Assembly: GCA_041664285.1 (NCBI GenBank)
Contig: JBAYLA010000004.1
Location: 3,171 to 67,170, forward strand
Reading direction: 5' to 3'
DNA length: 64,000 bases
Source of the DNA: Minisyncoccota bacterium
Lineage (GTDB): Bacteria; Patescibacteriota; Minisyncoccia; Phycocordibacterales; UBA9973
Each line of letters starts with the position of its first letter. The first letter of the stretch is position 1. Shown one piece after another: positions 1-8,874 of this stretch. The notes under the pieces are model-generated. The model was not told the DNA's origin. It saw only the letters and a list, made by a program, of their open reading frames with translations, and did no database searches. The position numbers were made by a program, and so were the translations under genes.

Positions 1-400
1 CACCATTAGCCGTCACTCCCCCTGCCCAAGAAGATTGTGTGAAGTTGTAAGTGTAAGCTTCAGCTACACTCGGAGTAAACAATTGTCCTAAGATAAAGAG
101 AAGAATAAAAACAGAAACAGAAATGTTTTTCAAGGTTTTGGCACAGAAAATTATCTTCAATAATTTTCTGTACTTCTTGTATTCTATTTTTGTTTTTTTA
201 ATTATCATTTTTTTGTTTATGTTACTTTTTAATTTTTCTAATTCTATTTTTATTTTTTGTATCATTTTTTTGTTTTCTTCTAATTTTGTTTCTAATTTGT
301 TTTTTAATATTCTCAGTTTCATTTTCCCCCGATCCCAAAACTCCCACAAGGTTGATGGAATTTTGTCCGATAGTTTTATTAATTTGTTTTTAAATTGCAT
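1..400 (-). CDS. 5' part of a probable secreted/surface protein that runs off the window's left edge
   Basis: Not in the ORF track; translated by hand from ATG at 400: MQFKNKLIK...ISVSVFILLFILGQLFTPSVAEA|YTYNFTQSSWAGGVTANG. Open to the window edge, with a Lys-rich N-region, hydrophobic segment and AxA cleavage site. Confidence 0.7.
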   Translation of the reverse strand, partial: MQFKNKLIKLSDKIPSTLWEFWDRGKMKLRILKNKLETKLEENKKMIQKIKIELEKLKSNINKKMIIKKTKIEYKKYRKLLKIIFCAKTLKNISVSVFILLFILGQLFTPSVAEAYTYNFTQSSWAGGVTANG

Positions 401-578
401 TATTTTAGTTTAGAAAATATTTTAAATTTTTTTTAAAAAAGTATTTTTTATTGGGTAGTAGAGAATTTTCACTTCTTCATTTACTTACTTAATTATAACA
501 AAAATGAACAACCAAAAACACGAAAAAACCTTTAAAATGGGGATAACTCGCCACAGGCGAGCAAGCTTTAAAATATTT

Positions 579-830
579 TTAATCCTTGAGAGAAATTACG
601 GGTACAATTCTAAATTTAGATTTCTTTTTTCGCGGGGCTACCTCCGACTTATCTCCAGACTTTATCTGGTTTATTATTTTTTCTATATCTTCTAATTGAT
701 AAACTCGATAGTTATTTATTGGGTTTCTAAAGGCAGACAATTTGCCATCCCTATCCCAATTTCGAAGAGTAAGCTTGGATACACCAAGCATTGATGAAGC
801 TTCTTTAATTGAAATTAATCTCTTTTCCAT
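579..830 (-). CDS. Small MerR/BldC/excisionase-like HTH DNA-binding protein
   Basis: LISIKEASSMLGVSKLTLRNWDRDGKL...R.P.NNYRVY winged-HTH pattern. Confidence 0.85.
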   Translation of the reverse strand: MEKRLISIKEASSMLGVSKLTLRNWDRDGKLSAFRNPINNYRVYQLEDIEKIINQIKSGDKSEVAPRKKKSKFRIVPVISLKD

Positions 831-836
831 ACATAA

Positions 837-865
837 AGTATACCTTACTAAACATTAATAAACAA
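837..865 (-). promoter_or_regulatory. Sigma70-type promoter, leaderless, for the HTH gene
   Basis: TTGTTT-17 nt-TATACT-6 nt-ATG(830). Confidence 0.6.
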
Positions 866-898
866 TATTAAATGTGGATACAAAAGCAAAGAAAAAGC

Positions 899-927
899 TT
901 GCTAAACATTACTAATAATAATAAAAT
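899..927 (+). promoter_or_regulatory. Sigma70-type promoter, leaderless, for the histidine phosphatase
   Basis: TTGCTA-17 nt-TAAAAT-6 nt-ATG(934). Confidence 0.65.
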
Positions 928-933
928 AATAAT

Positions 934-1575
934 ATGGGAACAAAATTAATATATTTCGTAAGACATGGAGAAACAGCAAACAATGCCCTAGGTATCAGGC
1001 AAGGAGCGGAAGGTCCTCTAACAGAAAAAGGGAGAACTCAAGTTCTAGCCACAGCGAAGAGATTTCCAAAATATAAAGGATGTCCGCAAATTATTATCGC
1101 TAGTCCTTACGAACGTACTAAGGAAACAGCGTCAATTATCAGCAAGGAAATCGGTGTAAAAGTAGAATATTCCGAGCTCTTGACAGAAAGAAGAAACCCT
1201 GCTGAAGTAATTGGACGCTCTGGGAAAGACCCTGAAATCAGAAAAATCATCGATCGTATTGATAACAGTTATCATGCTGATGACCTACGATTTTCTGATG
1301 AGGAAAATTTTACTGACCTAAAAAAAAGAGCAAAGAAATTATTATCCTTCATTGAAAGAAGATGGCAAAAAAGAATCATTATGGTTACTCATAAAATTTT
1401 TCTAAAAATGGTGATCTCGTACATGATTTATGGAGAAAGCCTCACTGCTTCACAATACAATAATTTAAGTTATTTCAACCCAATAGAAAATGCGGGGATG
1501 GCTATTTGTTCCTATACTTCTCATTGGTTTAAAAAGGACGAATGGAAGCTCCTAGTTTGGAATGATTTAGAATAA
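934..1575 (+). CDS. Histidine phosphatase (phosphoglycerate mutase family)
   Basis: RHGE motif, SPY.RT.ETA, L.ER, VTH. Confidence 0.9.
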   Translation: MGTKLIYFVRHGETANNALGIRQGAEGPLTEKGRTQVLATAKRFPKYKGCPQIIIASPYERTKETASIISKEIGVKVEYSELLTERRNPAEVIGRSGKDPEIRKIIDRIDNSYHADDLRFSDEENFTDLKKRAKKLLSFIERRWQKRIIMVTHKIFLKMVISYMIYGESLTASQYNNLSYFNPIENAGMAICSYTSHWFKKDEWKLLVWNDLE

Positions 1576-1620
1576 AAAAAATTATAAATGATTAAAATCA
1601 AAATTTTTTGTAGTAATTTT

Positions 1621-2025
1621 CTACTTATTTAAATTTAAAAAAGTAATAGCAAATTGTAAGATAGTTGCAAAAGTCACCCAAAGTAAATATGGGATTTGAA
1701 TGTAAGTAACCCACTTAAAATATGGGTAGATAACTACCATCGCCCAAATGAGAGTAATTAAAACAAATGAAATATCAAGGGCTGCAAGAAAATTATTTTT
1801 AAGACCAAATTGAATATAAGTAAAAATAAAATTAAAAAATAAATTAAGAACAAATGGCAAAGCAACGATAAATGGAATTTGTTTTTGCCACACACTTAAA
1901 AAAACTTTTCCAAAAGAAACAGCAATCAAAATATAGAGCACACTCCAAACTGGACCAAAGAATGAAGAAGGTGGTGCCCAAGATGGTTTAATTAATTGTG
2001 AATACCAGTTATAAGTATTGTTCAT
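1621..2025 (-). CDS. tspO: TspO/MBR tryptophan-rich sensory protein
   Basis: WY..L.KPSWAPP..FGPVW..LY and PYLLWV.FA motifs. Confidence 0.9.
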   Translation of the reverse strand: MNNTYNWYSQLIKPSWAPPSSFFGPVWSVLYILIAVSFGKVFLSVWQKQIPFIVALPFVLNLFFNFIFTYIQFGLKNNFLAALDISFVLITLIWAMVVIYPYFKWVTYIQIPYLLWVTFATILQFAITFLNLNK

Positions 2026-2037
2026 AAAATTTGTTTC

Positions 2038-2102
2038 GTAGAAAATACTTTTTTAAAGATCTCCTCTTGTGCAATGTCGATCATTCAAAAAGTATTTTCT
2101 AC
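2038..2102. repeat. Palindromic element family A, intergenic copy
   Basis: Perfect 16-bp inverted repeat gtagaaaatacttttt/aaaaagtattttctac around a core whose reverse complement matches the tgt copy core at 20/28 nt. Confidence 0.75.
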
Positions 2103-2112
2103 TTCACATACA

Positions 2113-2514
2113 TTAACTTATAATTTGAGTACAATGTGCACAACGCTTGGCAGTAATAGGGATCTCACTTAAACATTCACTGCATTTCTTAGTCGTTGGA
2201 TCTGCTGGTGGTTCTTTACGAGAACGAGAAATAAGAATGTTAATTGGTTTAATAACAAAAAAGAACACAGCTGTAGCCACAAGAATAAAGGAGATTAAAG
2301 TATTAAAGAAATGACCATACATAAACTTACTTCCATTAATAGTAAACATCAAACCACTGAAATCCGGCACTTTAGCAATAGCAGAGATAAAAGGAGTAAG
2401 TAGATCCGACACCAGGGCCGTCACCACACTACCAAAAGCGGCACCAATCACCACACCAACAGCTAAGTCTACAACATTCCCTCGAAGCAAAAATTGTTTA
2501 AATTCTTTTAGCAT
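2113..2514 (-). CDS. mscL: Large-conductance mechanosensitive channel with C-terminal zinc ribbon
   Basis: EFKQFLLRGNVVDLAVGVVIGAAF; C-terminal CSEC...CAHC. Confidence 0.95.
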   Translation of the reverse strand: MLKEFKQFLLRGNVVDLAVGVVIGAAFGSVVTALVSDLLTPFISAIAKVPDFSGLMFTINGSKFMYGHFFNTLISFILVATAVFFFVIKPINILISRSRKEPPADPTTKKCSECLSEIPITAKRCAHCTQIIS

Positions 2515-2528
2515 AAAAAATTATAATA

Positions 2529-2801
2529 TTATCTTATAATAAAACCATCAAGCCCGCCTGTGGGCTCTATCCACTTTATATTCACTTTTTCTACTTCGGC
2601 ATGGTCAGGACCATATTTGCACCATTCAATAAATTTTATTAAATCCTTATCTTCCCCTTCGGCTTCTATTTCTACTGTTCCATCTGTGGCATTTTTAGCC
2701 CAGCCGGATAAATTTAACCCTAGAGCCTCTGCCCGACTTGAATCACGAAAAAATACTCCTTGCACCTTTCCAGAAATTTTTACAAATGTTCGCTTTCGCA
2801 T
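2529..2801 (-). CDS. acyP: Acylphosphatase
   Basis: SGKVQGVFFR, GWAKN..DGTVE; start moved to MRKRTF (2801). Confidence 0.9.
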   Translation of the reverse strand: MRKRTFVKISGKVQGVFFRDSSRAEALGLNLSGWAKNATDGTVEIEAEGEDKDLIKFIEWCKYGPDHAEVEKVNIKWIEPTGGLDGFIIR

Positions 2802-2820
2802 AATATATATAATCTTACTT

Positions 2821-3171
2821 TTAAAGCCAGATTGCAATAGAAACATTGATATCTATCCCATCATAAAGGTTCTCTTCGTAACGGATTTGCTTTTTCAGTG
2901 GCAAAATATAAGTGGTAGAATGTCTGTCAGGGAAAACAGAAGTCACCCATTCACTTTTCCCCACTTTCGCTTTCGCATAAATTGCACCCCAACCACGCCT
3001 TAATCTTCCCTTCTGCATATCTTTAATTTTTGCTGAAATATCTTCAGGCACCCGAGCAAAACGCCATAGCCCACTATCATCTTTGTCTTGATATCCTTCT
3101 TTCCAAACAATCACCTTGCTTTTAAATTTAAATTTCTTTTCAACTCTACATTTACCAATTCGAGTTTTCAT
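2821..3171 (-). CDS. DUF1905-like protein
   Basis: W.F..VP, RRGWG, W.TSVFPD, YILPLKK.IR pattern. Confidence 0.7.
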   Translation of the reverse strand: MKTRIGKCRVEKKFKFKSKVIVWKEGYQDKDDSGLWRFARVPEDISAKIKDMQKGRLRRGWGAIYAKAKVGKSEWVTSVFPDRHSTTYILPLKKQIRYEENLYDGIDINVSIAIWL

Positions 3172-3199
3172 TTTTTTATTTATGCTATAATCAAATTAT

Positions 3200-3499
3200 A
3201 TGATACTTACATTTTTACGTTCGTTTCGTATCGGACCTTTTGCAATATTTGATTTTGCAGTTGCATATATTGCAGTGTATTTTATCGCTCCTTATTTGTC
3301 AAAACTTTTTGCTCTAGTTGGTATCCATGTTAATCGAGAGCAGTGGCTATGGCTCACTTTACCAATAGCCGTAGTTGCTCACCTAATCTTTAAAGCTGAT
3401 ACGCCGTTCACTAAAATGATTCTGAATCCGTCTGGTGATTGGATACCAAAATTAATTATTATAGGCATGTTAATTATGGCTTACGTTTATCGAAGTTAG
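3200..3499 (+). CDS. Small hypothetical membrane protein
   Basis: Three hydrophobic segments; TGnTATAAT 8 nt upstream of the ATG. Confidence 0.7.
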   Translation: MILTFLRSFRIGPFAIFDFAVAYIAVYFIAPYLSKLFALVGIHVNREQWLWLTLPIAVVAHLIFKADTPFTKMILNPSGDWIPKLIIIGMLIMAYVYRS

Positions 3500-3503
3500 T
3501 CAA

Positions 3504-3719
3504 TTACACTAGTTTTTTGAGTTCGTCTTCGTATTTTTTCATTACCTCCATGCCAGCGTCCATCTGACTTATTCCACCTTTTACTTTCTCTTGTATTTCT
3601 GTGGCAATAGTTTTAAAAAGCTCGGGATTTTTCTCAATCATTGTGATAAACATCTCAATCTGAGCTTCTGGCACGCCTTGTGTCCGAAGCATTTTTTTAA
3701 GTAAAAAGTTTTGAAACAT
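3504..3719 (-). CDS. Small hypothetical helical protein
   Basis: MFQNFLLKKML...; start moved to 3719 because TGtTATAAT lies 6 nt upstream. Confidence 0.7.
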   Translation of the reverse strand: MFQNFLLKKMLRTQGVPEAQIEMFITMIEKNPELFKTIATEIQEKVKGGISQMDAGMEVMKKYEDELKKLV

Positions 3720-3793
3720 CCGAAGATTATAACATAAAAAACAATAAATCAAACTTTTTCCGGTACAGATTTTTTTAAGCTTAAACAATCTCT

Positions 3794-3850
3794 TCGAGTC
3801 TGAGGCTCTCAGAGCCGAAGGCCTGAAGTTCTCGGCTCGCCAGACTCGAA
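3794..3850. repeat. Intergenic GC-rich palindromic element (family B-related)
   Basis: ttcgagtctg/cagactcgaa inverted repeat; internal agagccgaaggcctga resembles the gyrB insert agaagccgaaggtcctga. Confidence 0.6.
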
Positions 3851-3903
3851 ACCCCTTTAAAAGTCTATTTATTGTTTTTTAAAACTACTCTAAAATTATT
3901 AAT

Positions 3904-4785
3904 TTACCAAGAACCACTCGAGCCACCACCACCAGAAGATCCTCCTCCAAAACCACCAAATCCGCCTCCGCCACCAATACCTCCACTCCCCCCACCAAAC
4001 CACCAAGGGTAATGACCTGATGTTTGTTTTTGGGTATAAGCTTTAGAAACTAAAAAGTCAAAAAGTAATCCTAACCCAATAAATAAAAAGATAATCGGAA
4101 CTGCCAACAAAAGCGAAGAAATAAAGAAATGCCAAATAACCAAAGCGATACCTCCACCCAAAACTCCTCCATGCCACCAAGACTTTGATCGTCCTAAAAT
4201 AGCAGCCAGGATTTGAAAAACAACAAATACTATAAAGAAAATAAACTCCCATGGCAATTTAGGCATAGATTGCGTGACGGAATAATTCTCTGGCACAATA
4301 TTACTACCTTCAAGGGAGATAATAATTTTATCTATAGCACCATTTATGCCTTCATAATAATTACTTTTTTTAAATGCCGGAGTGATAATGTCTTGCTGAA
4401 TATAAGAAGTAGCCAAATCAGGCAAATCTCCTTCCACTCCATATCCAGTATGGATTCTAGTTTTTCGGTCTGACAAGGCAACAAGGAGTAAAACTCCATT
4501 ATTTTTTTCTTTCTTCCCTATGCCCCATTTAGTAAAGATCTCTTGCGCTAAGTTTTCTATCACCTCACCATCCAAAGACGGTATCATCACCACAGCTATT
4601 TCATTGGTGGTACTTTTTTCAAATGCTTCCAGTTTCGTTTCAAGTAGAGCAATCTGTTCCTGTGAAAGCATGCCCGCGTAATCCTGCACGAAGCCAGTTG
4701 GTTTCGCAGGAATATCAAAAGCCAGTACAGAAAAAGGTAAAAAGAAAAAAACAAATAGCAATAATTTAGATATAAAATGAGGCAT
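3904..4785 (-). CDS. TPM-domain (YgcG-like) membrane protein
   Basis: V.DYAGML, WGIGKK..NNGVLLL, GYGVEG.LPD; Gly-rich C-terminus ending SGSW; next to lemA. Confidence 0.9.
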   Translation of the reverse strand: MPHFISKLLLFVFFFLPFSVLAFDIPAKPTGFVQDYAGMLSQEQIALLETKLEAFEKSTTNEIAVVMIPSLDGEVIENLAQEIFTKWGIGKKEKNNGVLLLVALSDRKTRIHTGYGVEGDLPDLATSYIQQDIITPAFKKSNYYEGINGAIDKIIISLEGSNIVPENYSVTQSMPKLPWEFIFFIVFVVFQILAAILGRSKSWWHGGVLGGGIALVIWHFFISSLLLAVPIIFLFIGLGLLFDFLVSKAYTQKQTSGHYPWWFGGGSGGIGGGGGFGGFGGGSSGGGGSSGSW

Positions 4786-4811
4786 AAAATTCGGAGAGAT
4801 TCTGTAAAAAA

Positions 4812-5396
4812 TTAATTTACAAAATCAACTTTCGGTGCTGTTTGATTCTCGGTTGGAACATTAAAGTATGCTTTTTCAGTAAAACCAAAAATGCTTGCGA
4901 CTGCTGAAGTTGGAAAAGTTTTAATATTTGTATCAAATATACGAACTAAATCATTATATTTCTGTCTTTCTACGGTAATGCGATTTTCAGTTCCTTCAAG
5001 CGAAACTATAAGGTCACGATAGGCTTGAGAAGATTGAAGAACAGGATAATTTTCAGCAATTACTAAAAGACGGCCAAGAGCAGACTCTACTTGGGTTGCT
5101 GCTTGTGCTTTCTCGTCAGGGGTGGTAGCGCCAGAATATCGTGTTCGAGCATCAGCAATAGCTCCAAAAACGTCTTGCTCTTGCTTGGCTACTCCTTTAA
5201 CTGTATTTACAATATTAGGGATGAGGTCAAAACGTCTTTGATATTGATTTTCTACTTGAGCCCATTGCGCGGTTATTTGCTCACTTTGAGTAACAAAACC
5301 ATTATATTTAGAAACTCCCCAAAAAATAAATAATAAAACAATTACCAAAACAATAATCCACTTCATGTTCTTTTTAAAGAAATTTTCTTCTTGCAT
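4812..5396 (-). CDS. lemA: LemA family protein
   Basis: WAQVENQYQRRFDLIPN, ENYP.L, LEGTENRI. Confidence 0.95.
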   Translation of the reverse strand: MQEENFFKKNMKWIIVLVIVLLFIFWGVSKYNGFVTQSEQITAQWAQVENQYQRRFDLIPNIVNTVKGVAKQEQDVFGAIADARTRYSGATTPDEKAQAATQVESALGRLLVIAENYPVLQSSQAYRDLIVSLEGTENRITVERQKYNDLVRIFDTNIKTFPTSAVASIFGFTEKAYFNVPTENQTAPKVDFVN

Positions 5397-5449
5397 ATTA
5401 TTGGTTTAAAGTTATTCGAATAATAAATTATTATAGCACATATTGTATT

Positions 5450-5674
5450 TCAACACACCACTAAAAGCTTGCTCGGATGTCTATGTCCATTTACAATACG
5501 AACCCTTGTAACAGGGACTTTAAAATACTCTGCCACTAATTTTAAGACCCGAGTATTCGCTTCATTTCTTTGCGCTTTTTCTTTAACTGAAACTTCAAAA
5601 GAATCTTCACTTTTTTTTACGAAAGATTCTTTTTTTACCCCCGCAGAAACTTTAACGTGAATATAATTAGCCAA
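5450..5674 (-). CDS. DUF167 (YggU-like) protein
   Basis: V.VKE.A....AN..V..LVA.YF.V....VRIV.G....K. Confidence 0.8.
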   Translation of the reverse strand: MANYIHVKVSAGVKKESFVKKSEDSFEVSVKEKAQRNEANTRVLKLVAEYFKVPVTRVRIVNGHRHPSKLLVVC

Positions 5675-5679
5675 TTTAA

Positions 5680-6051
5680 TTAACCTAAGAAAAATAAATA
5701 AATACCCATAATGATTGCCACAGCGCCATAAATACCGAAAGATTTACGGAATTTTGCTACGACCATTTTGTTTAATGCTTGAGGGAAAAGAATGTAACTC
5801 AAACCTTTTAGCATAGTAATCCAAGCGAAAATCGTTATTATAACTTTCCAAGTTCCATCCCAGATATTGTATTGAACTAAATACATTGATGACAAGAAAA
5901 TCAAAATCACTCCAGTTAAATAAACAATCGCTGGATGATCAAAAAAATCTTTAAGTAAATGTGGAACTGTCTTGCCCTTAAAGATAAGAAACAAACCACT
6001 CACTATTAAATAAATTCCTAATATTTTTGCAACTAAAATTGTAAAATCCAT
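5680..6051 (-). CDS. Hypothetical four-TM membrane protein
   Basis: Hydrophobic ORF; likely start MDFTIL at 6051. Confidence 0.7.
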   Translation of the reverse strand: MDFTILVAKILGIYLIVSGLFLIFKGKTVPHLLKDFFDHPAIVYLTGVILIFLSSMYLVQYNIWDGTWKVIITIFAWITMLKGLSYILFPQALNKMVVAKFRKSFGIYGAVAIIMGIYLFFLG

Positions 6052-6144
6052 ATAGTTTAATAAAATTAAACCACGCAACGACTATTAAAACGTGGTGTTA
6101 GTTATTTAATAATATATTAATTATAAACCCAACCAAAAAAATAG

Positions 6145-7122
6145 CTACTCTGTTAACCCGCATTTTGTTTTAAGTGCTGATAAATCTGTATCAGAAAGAA
6201 TCAGGCTCGTACCTTGATTAAGCTCATACATTATTGCCTTCGGATCATCTATATGGTCTAAATGAAGAGCGTGGCCAAGCTCGTGCGCGAGTACTCGCAC
6301 GAGCTTGGCCCGACTACTAAATTCATAAATATCTATTTCTCTATTTAACCCATTCTCTATATAAACCCCCTCTTCAAAGCTCTCTCCCCGTGAACCATTA
6401 ACTGTGTTGTATTGATCCACTGATATATTTAGCATGGCAACTAAACGATTAAGTGCCACCACTAACGCATTTATCTCATCCACCATAGCATTAATTCTAA
6501 CTTGTTCAGCTTGTAACTCTGACGCTTCTTGTTTTAATGATGCTTTTTCAGCTTGAAGTTTATCATATTCCTCTTGGGGTGCCCCACCTTTTTTATTCCA
6601 GAAGTTCACCTCTGTTTCATAAGTTTGTTGTTTTCGATTAAAAGCATCTATTTGTGAATTTAGGGCGCTTTTTTCTGTTTTATATTTTGCTTGCAAAGTT
6701 GTAAATTTTTCTTTCAACATATCATAAGAAGCTCTGTCATTTTTTACAGTAATACCAAGACTCGCTAATTTACTCGTAGCTTGTTGTCGATAATCATAAA
6801 TTAAATTAATTTTCAGAACATTGTTAGACGAACTCTCTGGTAAATAAACAAAAAGATTTTTCCCAAAAGGCTGCTCCCAAATAGCTTCCGCGTCTCTAAG
6901 AGCACTTAAAAAATAACTTTTTGAAATATTAAACTGTAGATCAAAAGTGCCAAGAGTATATGGTATCGGCTCGGAACAAGGAACTTCTAGAAAAATTCTA
7001 TTAAAATTACTTTTTAAATTATCTAAAAAAGAAATAGACTGCGTATTGAGCGGAATCCTAAATTGATATATAAAAACTCCAATAATGACAAGTAGAATAG
7101 AAAATTTTAAAATTTTTTTCAT
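6145..7122 (-). CDS. Membrane-anchored matrixin-like (M10) zinc metalloprotease with coiled-coil insert
   Basis: HELGHALHLDH (HExxHxxxxxH) plus Met-turn AIMY; N-terminal TM segment. Confidence 0.85.
   Translation of the reverse strand: MKKILKFSILLVIIGVFIYQFRIPLNTQSISFLDNLKSNFNRIFLEVPCSEPIPYTLGTFDLQFNISKSYFLSALRDAEAIWEQPFGKNLFVYLPESSSNNVLKINLIYDYRQQATSKLASLGITVKNDRASYDMLKEKFTTLQAKYKTEKSALNSQIDAFNRKQQTYETEVNFWNKKGGAPQEEYDKLQAEKASLKQEASELQAEQVRINAMVDEINALVVALNRLVAMLNISVDQYNTVNGSRGESFEEGVYIENGLNREIDIYEFSSRAKLVRVLAHELGHALHLDHIDDPKAIMYELNQGTSLILSDTDLSALKTKCGLTE
6273..6310. repeat. Perfect 15-bp inverted repeat inside the protease active-site codons
   Basis: ggccaagctcgtgcg-cgagtact-cgcacgagcttggcc. 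Confidence 0.9.
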
Positions 7123-7123
7123 T

Positions 7124-8866
7124 TTAGAGTTCTTCTTGCGAAGGAGCGATAATTTTTGCCCGCCAGAACTTAGTATTAATAGTTTTCGCTAAATCTTTTA
7201 ATTCTTCATTCTTGAGCAAATATAAAACAACAATAGCCGCCATAATACCTAAAATTCCAGAAATAAACCCTTGCAAAAACACGCCCCAAAAAGTGGTCGT
7301 ACCAAAAATTGGAGAAAGAATATTTAAACTTAAATAAGCTACTATCCCTAGAAAAAATGATGCTCCTAAACTTTGAAAAAAAGTCTTATTGATAAAAGGT
7401 TCATGCGGCATAAAGTCTTTCTTTATAAAAATCCATTGTAAAATAAAATTTAAAATAGTTCCGACAGAATACGCAAGTGGAAGCATTAATACTTCAGTCC
7501 CATCAATATCATTCACTTTCAATATTGATTCTATGAAAAAACGAAAAGTCTGTATATTTTCAAAAAGATGGATAAATACATAAGCTAAAATTATAATTAA
7601 GACGGAACAAGAAAAATTTACAATAAGGGGACGTTTGGTATTGCCAGTTGCATAATAACTCCGAGAAAGCAAAGTAATCATTCCCTGAGCAAGAATAGAA
7701 ACAGAGAAAATGGCGAGAGAAGCTGCGACCAGGCGAGTATTGTCCCAAGAAAAAGATCCGGAACCGAGAATCACACGCACAATCTGTGCACGAAGAACAA
7801 TAAAGAGAAATATGACCGGAAGAGACCAAAAGACAATGGCTCGTGACGCCTCTTTTAAATGTTTTTTAAATTCTTCTGTTTTACCACCACTAAAAGATTT
7901 GGCTAAGGTCGGAAAAGCCGCCACTGCATAAGATATGCCAATAATATTAAGTGGTACTGACTGAAGATTGAATGAAAAATTAAAGATTGAGATAGAACCA
8001 CTTTTTAAAAAGGACGCCATCGCTATAATAAAAATAAGTGCAAAATTGTTAAAAGCTAAACCTAAAGTCCGAGGAAGCGACGTCAAAACAGTACTTTTAA
8101 TATCTTTAAAATTAATTGCGAAAGGAAAAAAGGTCTTACCAGCCGTATTACGGCTGAAAGAGAATTTTGGGGTAAAACCACAAGAACGTGCTGCAAAAAA
8201 TTGCACACCAAAATGCATCAAGGCTCCCAGCGCCACGCCAAATGCTAATCCATCAATTTCAAAAACTGGATAAAGAAATATAACACCAATAATAATTCCT
8301 AAATTATAAAAAATTGGACTTAAGGAATAAATAAAAAACTTACGAAAAAGTTGCGTCACTGTTCCAAAAAGATTAGATAAGCCCATTAATATAGGCGAGA
8401 GCAACATTATCCGTGAAAGTAAAATCACTTTCGCTTGATAAGGTGAATCAAAACCTGGAGCAATAAAAGATATTAAATATGGCATAAGAAAAAATGCCAC
8501 TAGGGAAACAAGCACCATAAAAGAAAAGAAAACAGTAAAAACATCATTTAAATATTTTTGAGCTGTTTCGGACACCTTATTATCCCCATTCCCCACAGCT
8601 GATTGATGAGCAGGCATTTTAGCTACTATAAAAGGAATGAGCACCGTAATAGAAGCCAGAGATGCTATGGAAATAAAAATTAAATCTGGTACACGAAAAG
8701 CCGCATAATAAGCATCAAGTGATGGAGAAGGTCCAATAAAATGTGCAATAGAACGATCACGAAAAAGTGCCAAAATCTGAGAAAGTAAAGTAAAAGAACC
8801 CAAAAGAATAGCGGCCTGATTTATACTCCCAGATTCTTTGGTAAAGATTTTTAAAATTTTTTCCAT
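7124..8866 (-). CDS. murJ: Lipid II flippase MurJ/MviN
   Basis: SQILALFRDR, DAYYAAFRVPD, AFP.L; about 14 TM segments. Confidence 0.9.
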   Translation of the reverse strand: MEKILKIFTKESGSINQAAILLGSFTLLSQILALFRDRSIAHFIGPSPSLDAYYAAFRVPDLIFISIASLASITVLIPFIVAKMPAHQSAVGNGDNKVSETAQKYLNDVFTVFFSFMVLVSLVAFFLMPYLISFIAPGFDSPYQAKVILLSRIMLLSPILMGLSNLFGTVTQLFRKFFIYSLSPIFYNLGIIIGVIFLYPVFEIDGLAFGVALGALMHFGVQFFAARSCGFTPKFSFSRNTAGKTFFPFAINFKDIKSTVLTSLPRTLGLAFNNFALIFIIAMASFLKSGSISIFNFSFNLQSVPLNIIGISYAVAAFPTLAKSFSGGKTEEFKKHLKEASRAIVFWSLPVIFLFIVLRAQIVRVILGSGSFSWDNTRLVAASLAIFSVSILAQGMITLLSRSYYATGNTKRPLIVNFSCSVLIIILAYVFIHLFENIQTFRFFIESILKVNDIDGTEVLMLPLAYSVGTILNFILQWIFIKKDFMPHEPFINKTFFQSLGASFFLGIVAYLSLNILSPIFGTTTFWGVFLQGFISGILGIMAAIVVLYLLKNEELKDLAKTINTKFWRAKIIAPSQEEL

Positions 8867-8874
8867 TTTTACAA

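Noticed and set aside
123-413. Phe-rich + strand ORF resembling a membrane protein
   Set aside because: It is the antisense shadow of the Lys-rich minus-strand gene starting at 400.
3904-4000. GC-rich ccacc-type repeats
   Set aside because: They encode the usual Gly-rich tail of TPM-domain proteins.
6147-6156. actctgttaa (and taacaggg near 5509) as family D half-copies
   Set aside because: Too short to distinguish from chance without a genome-wide model.
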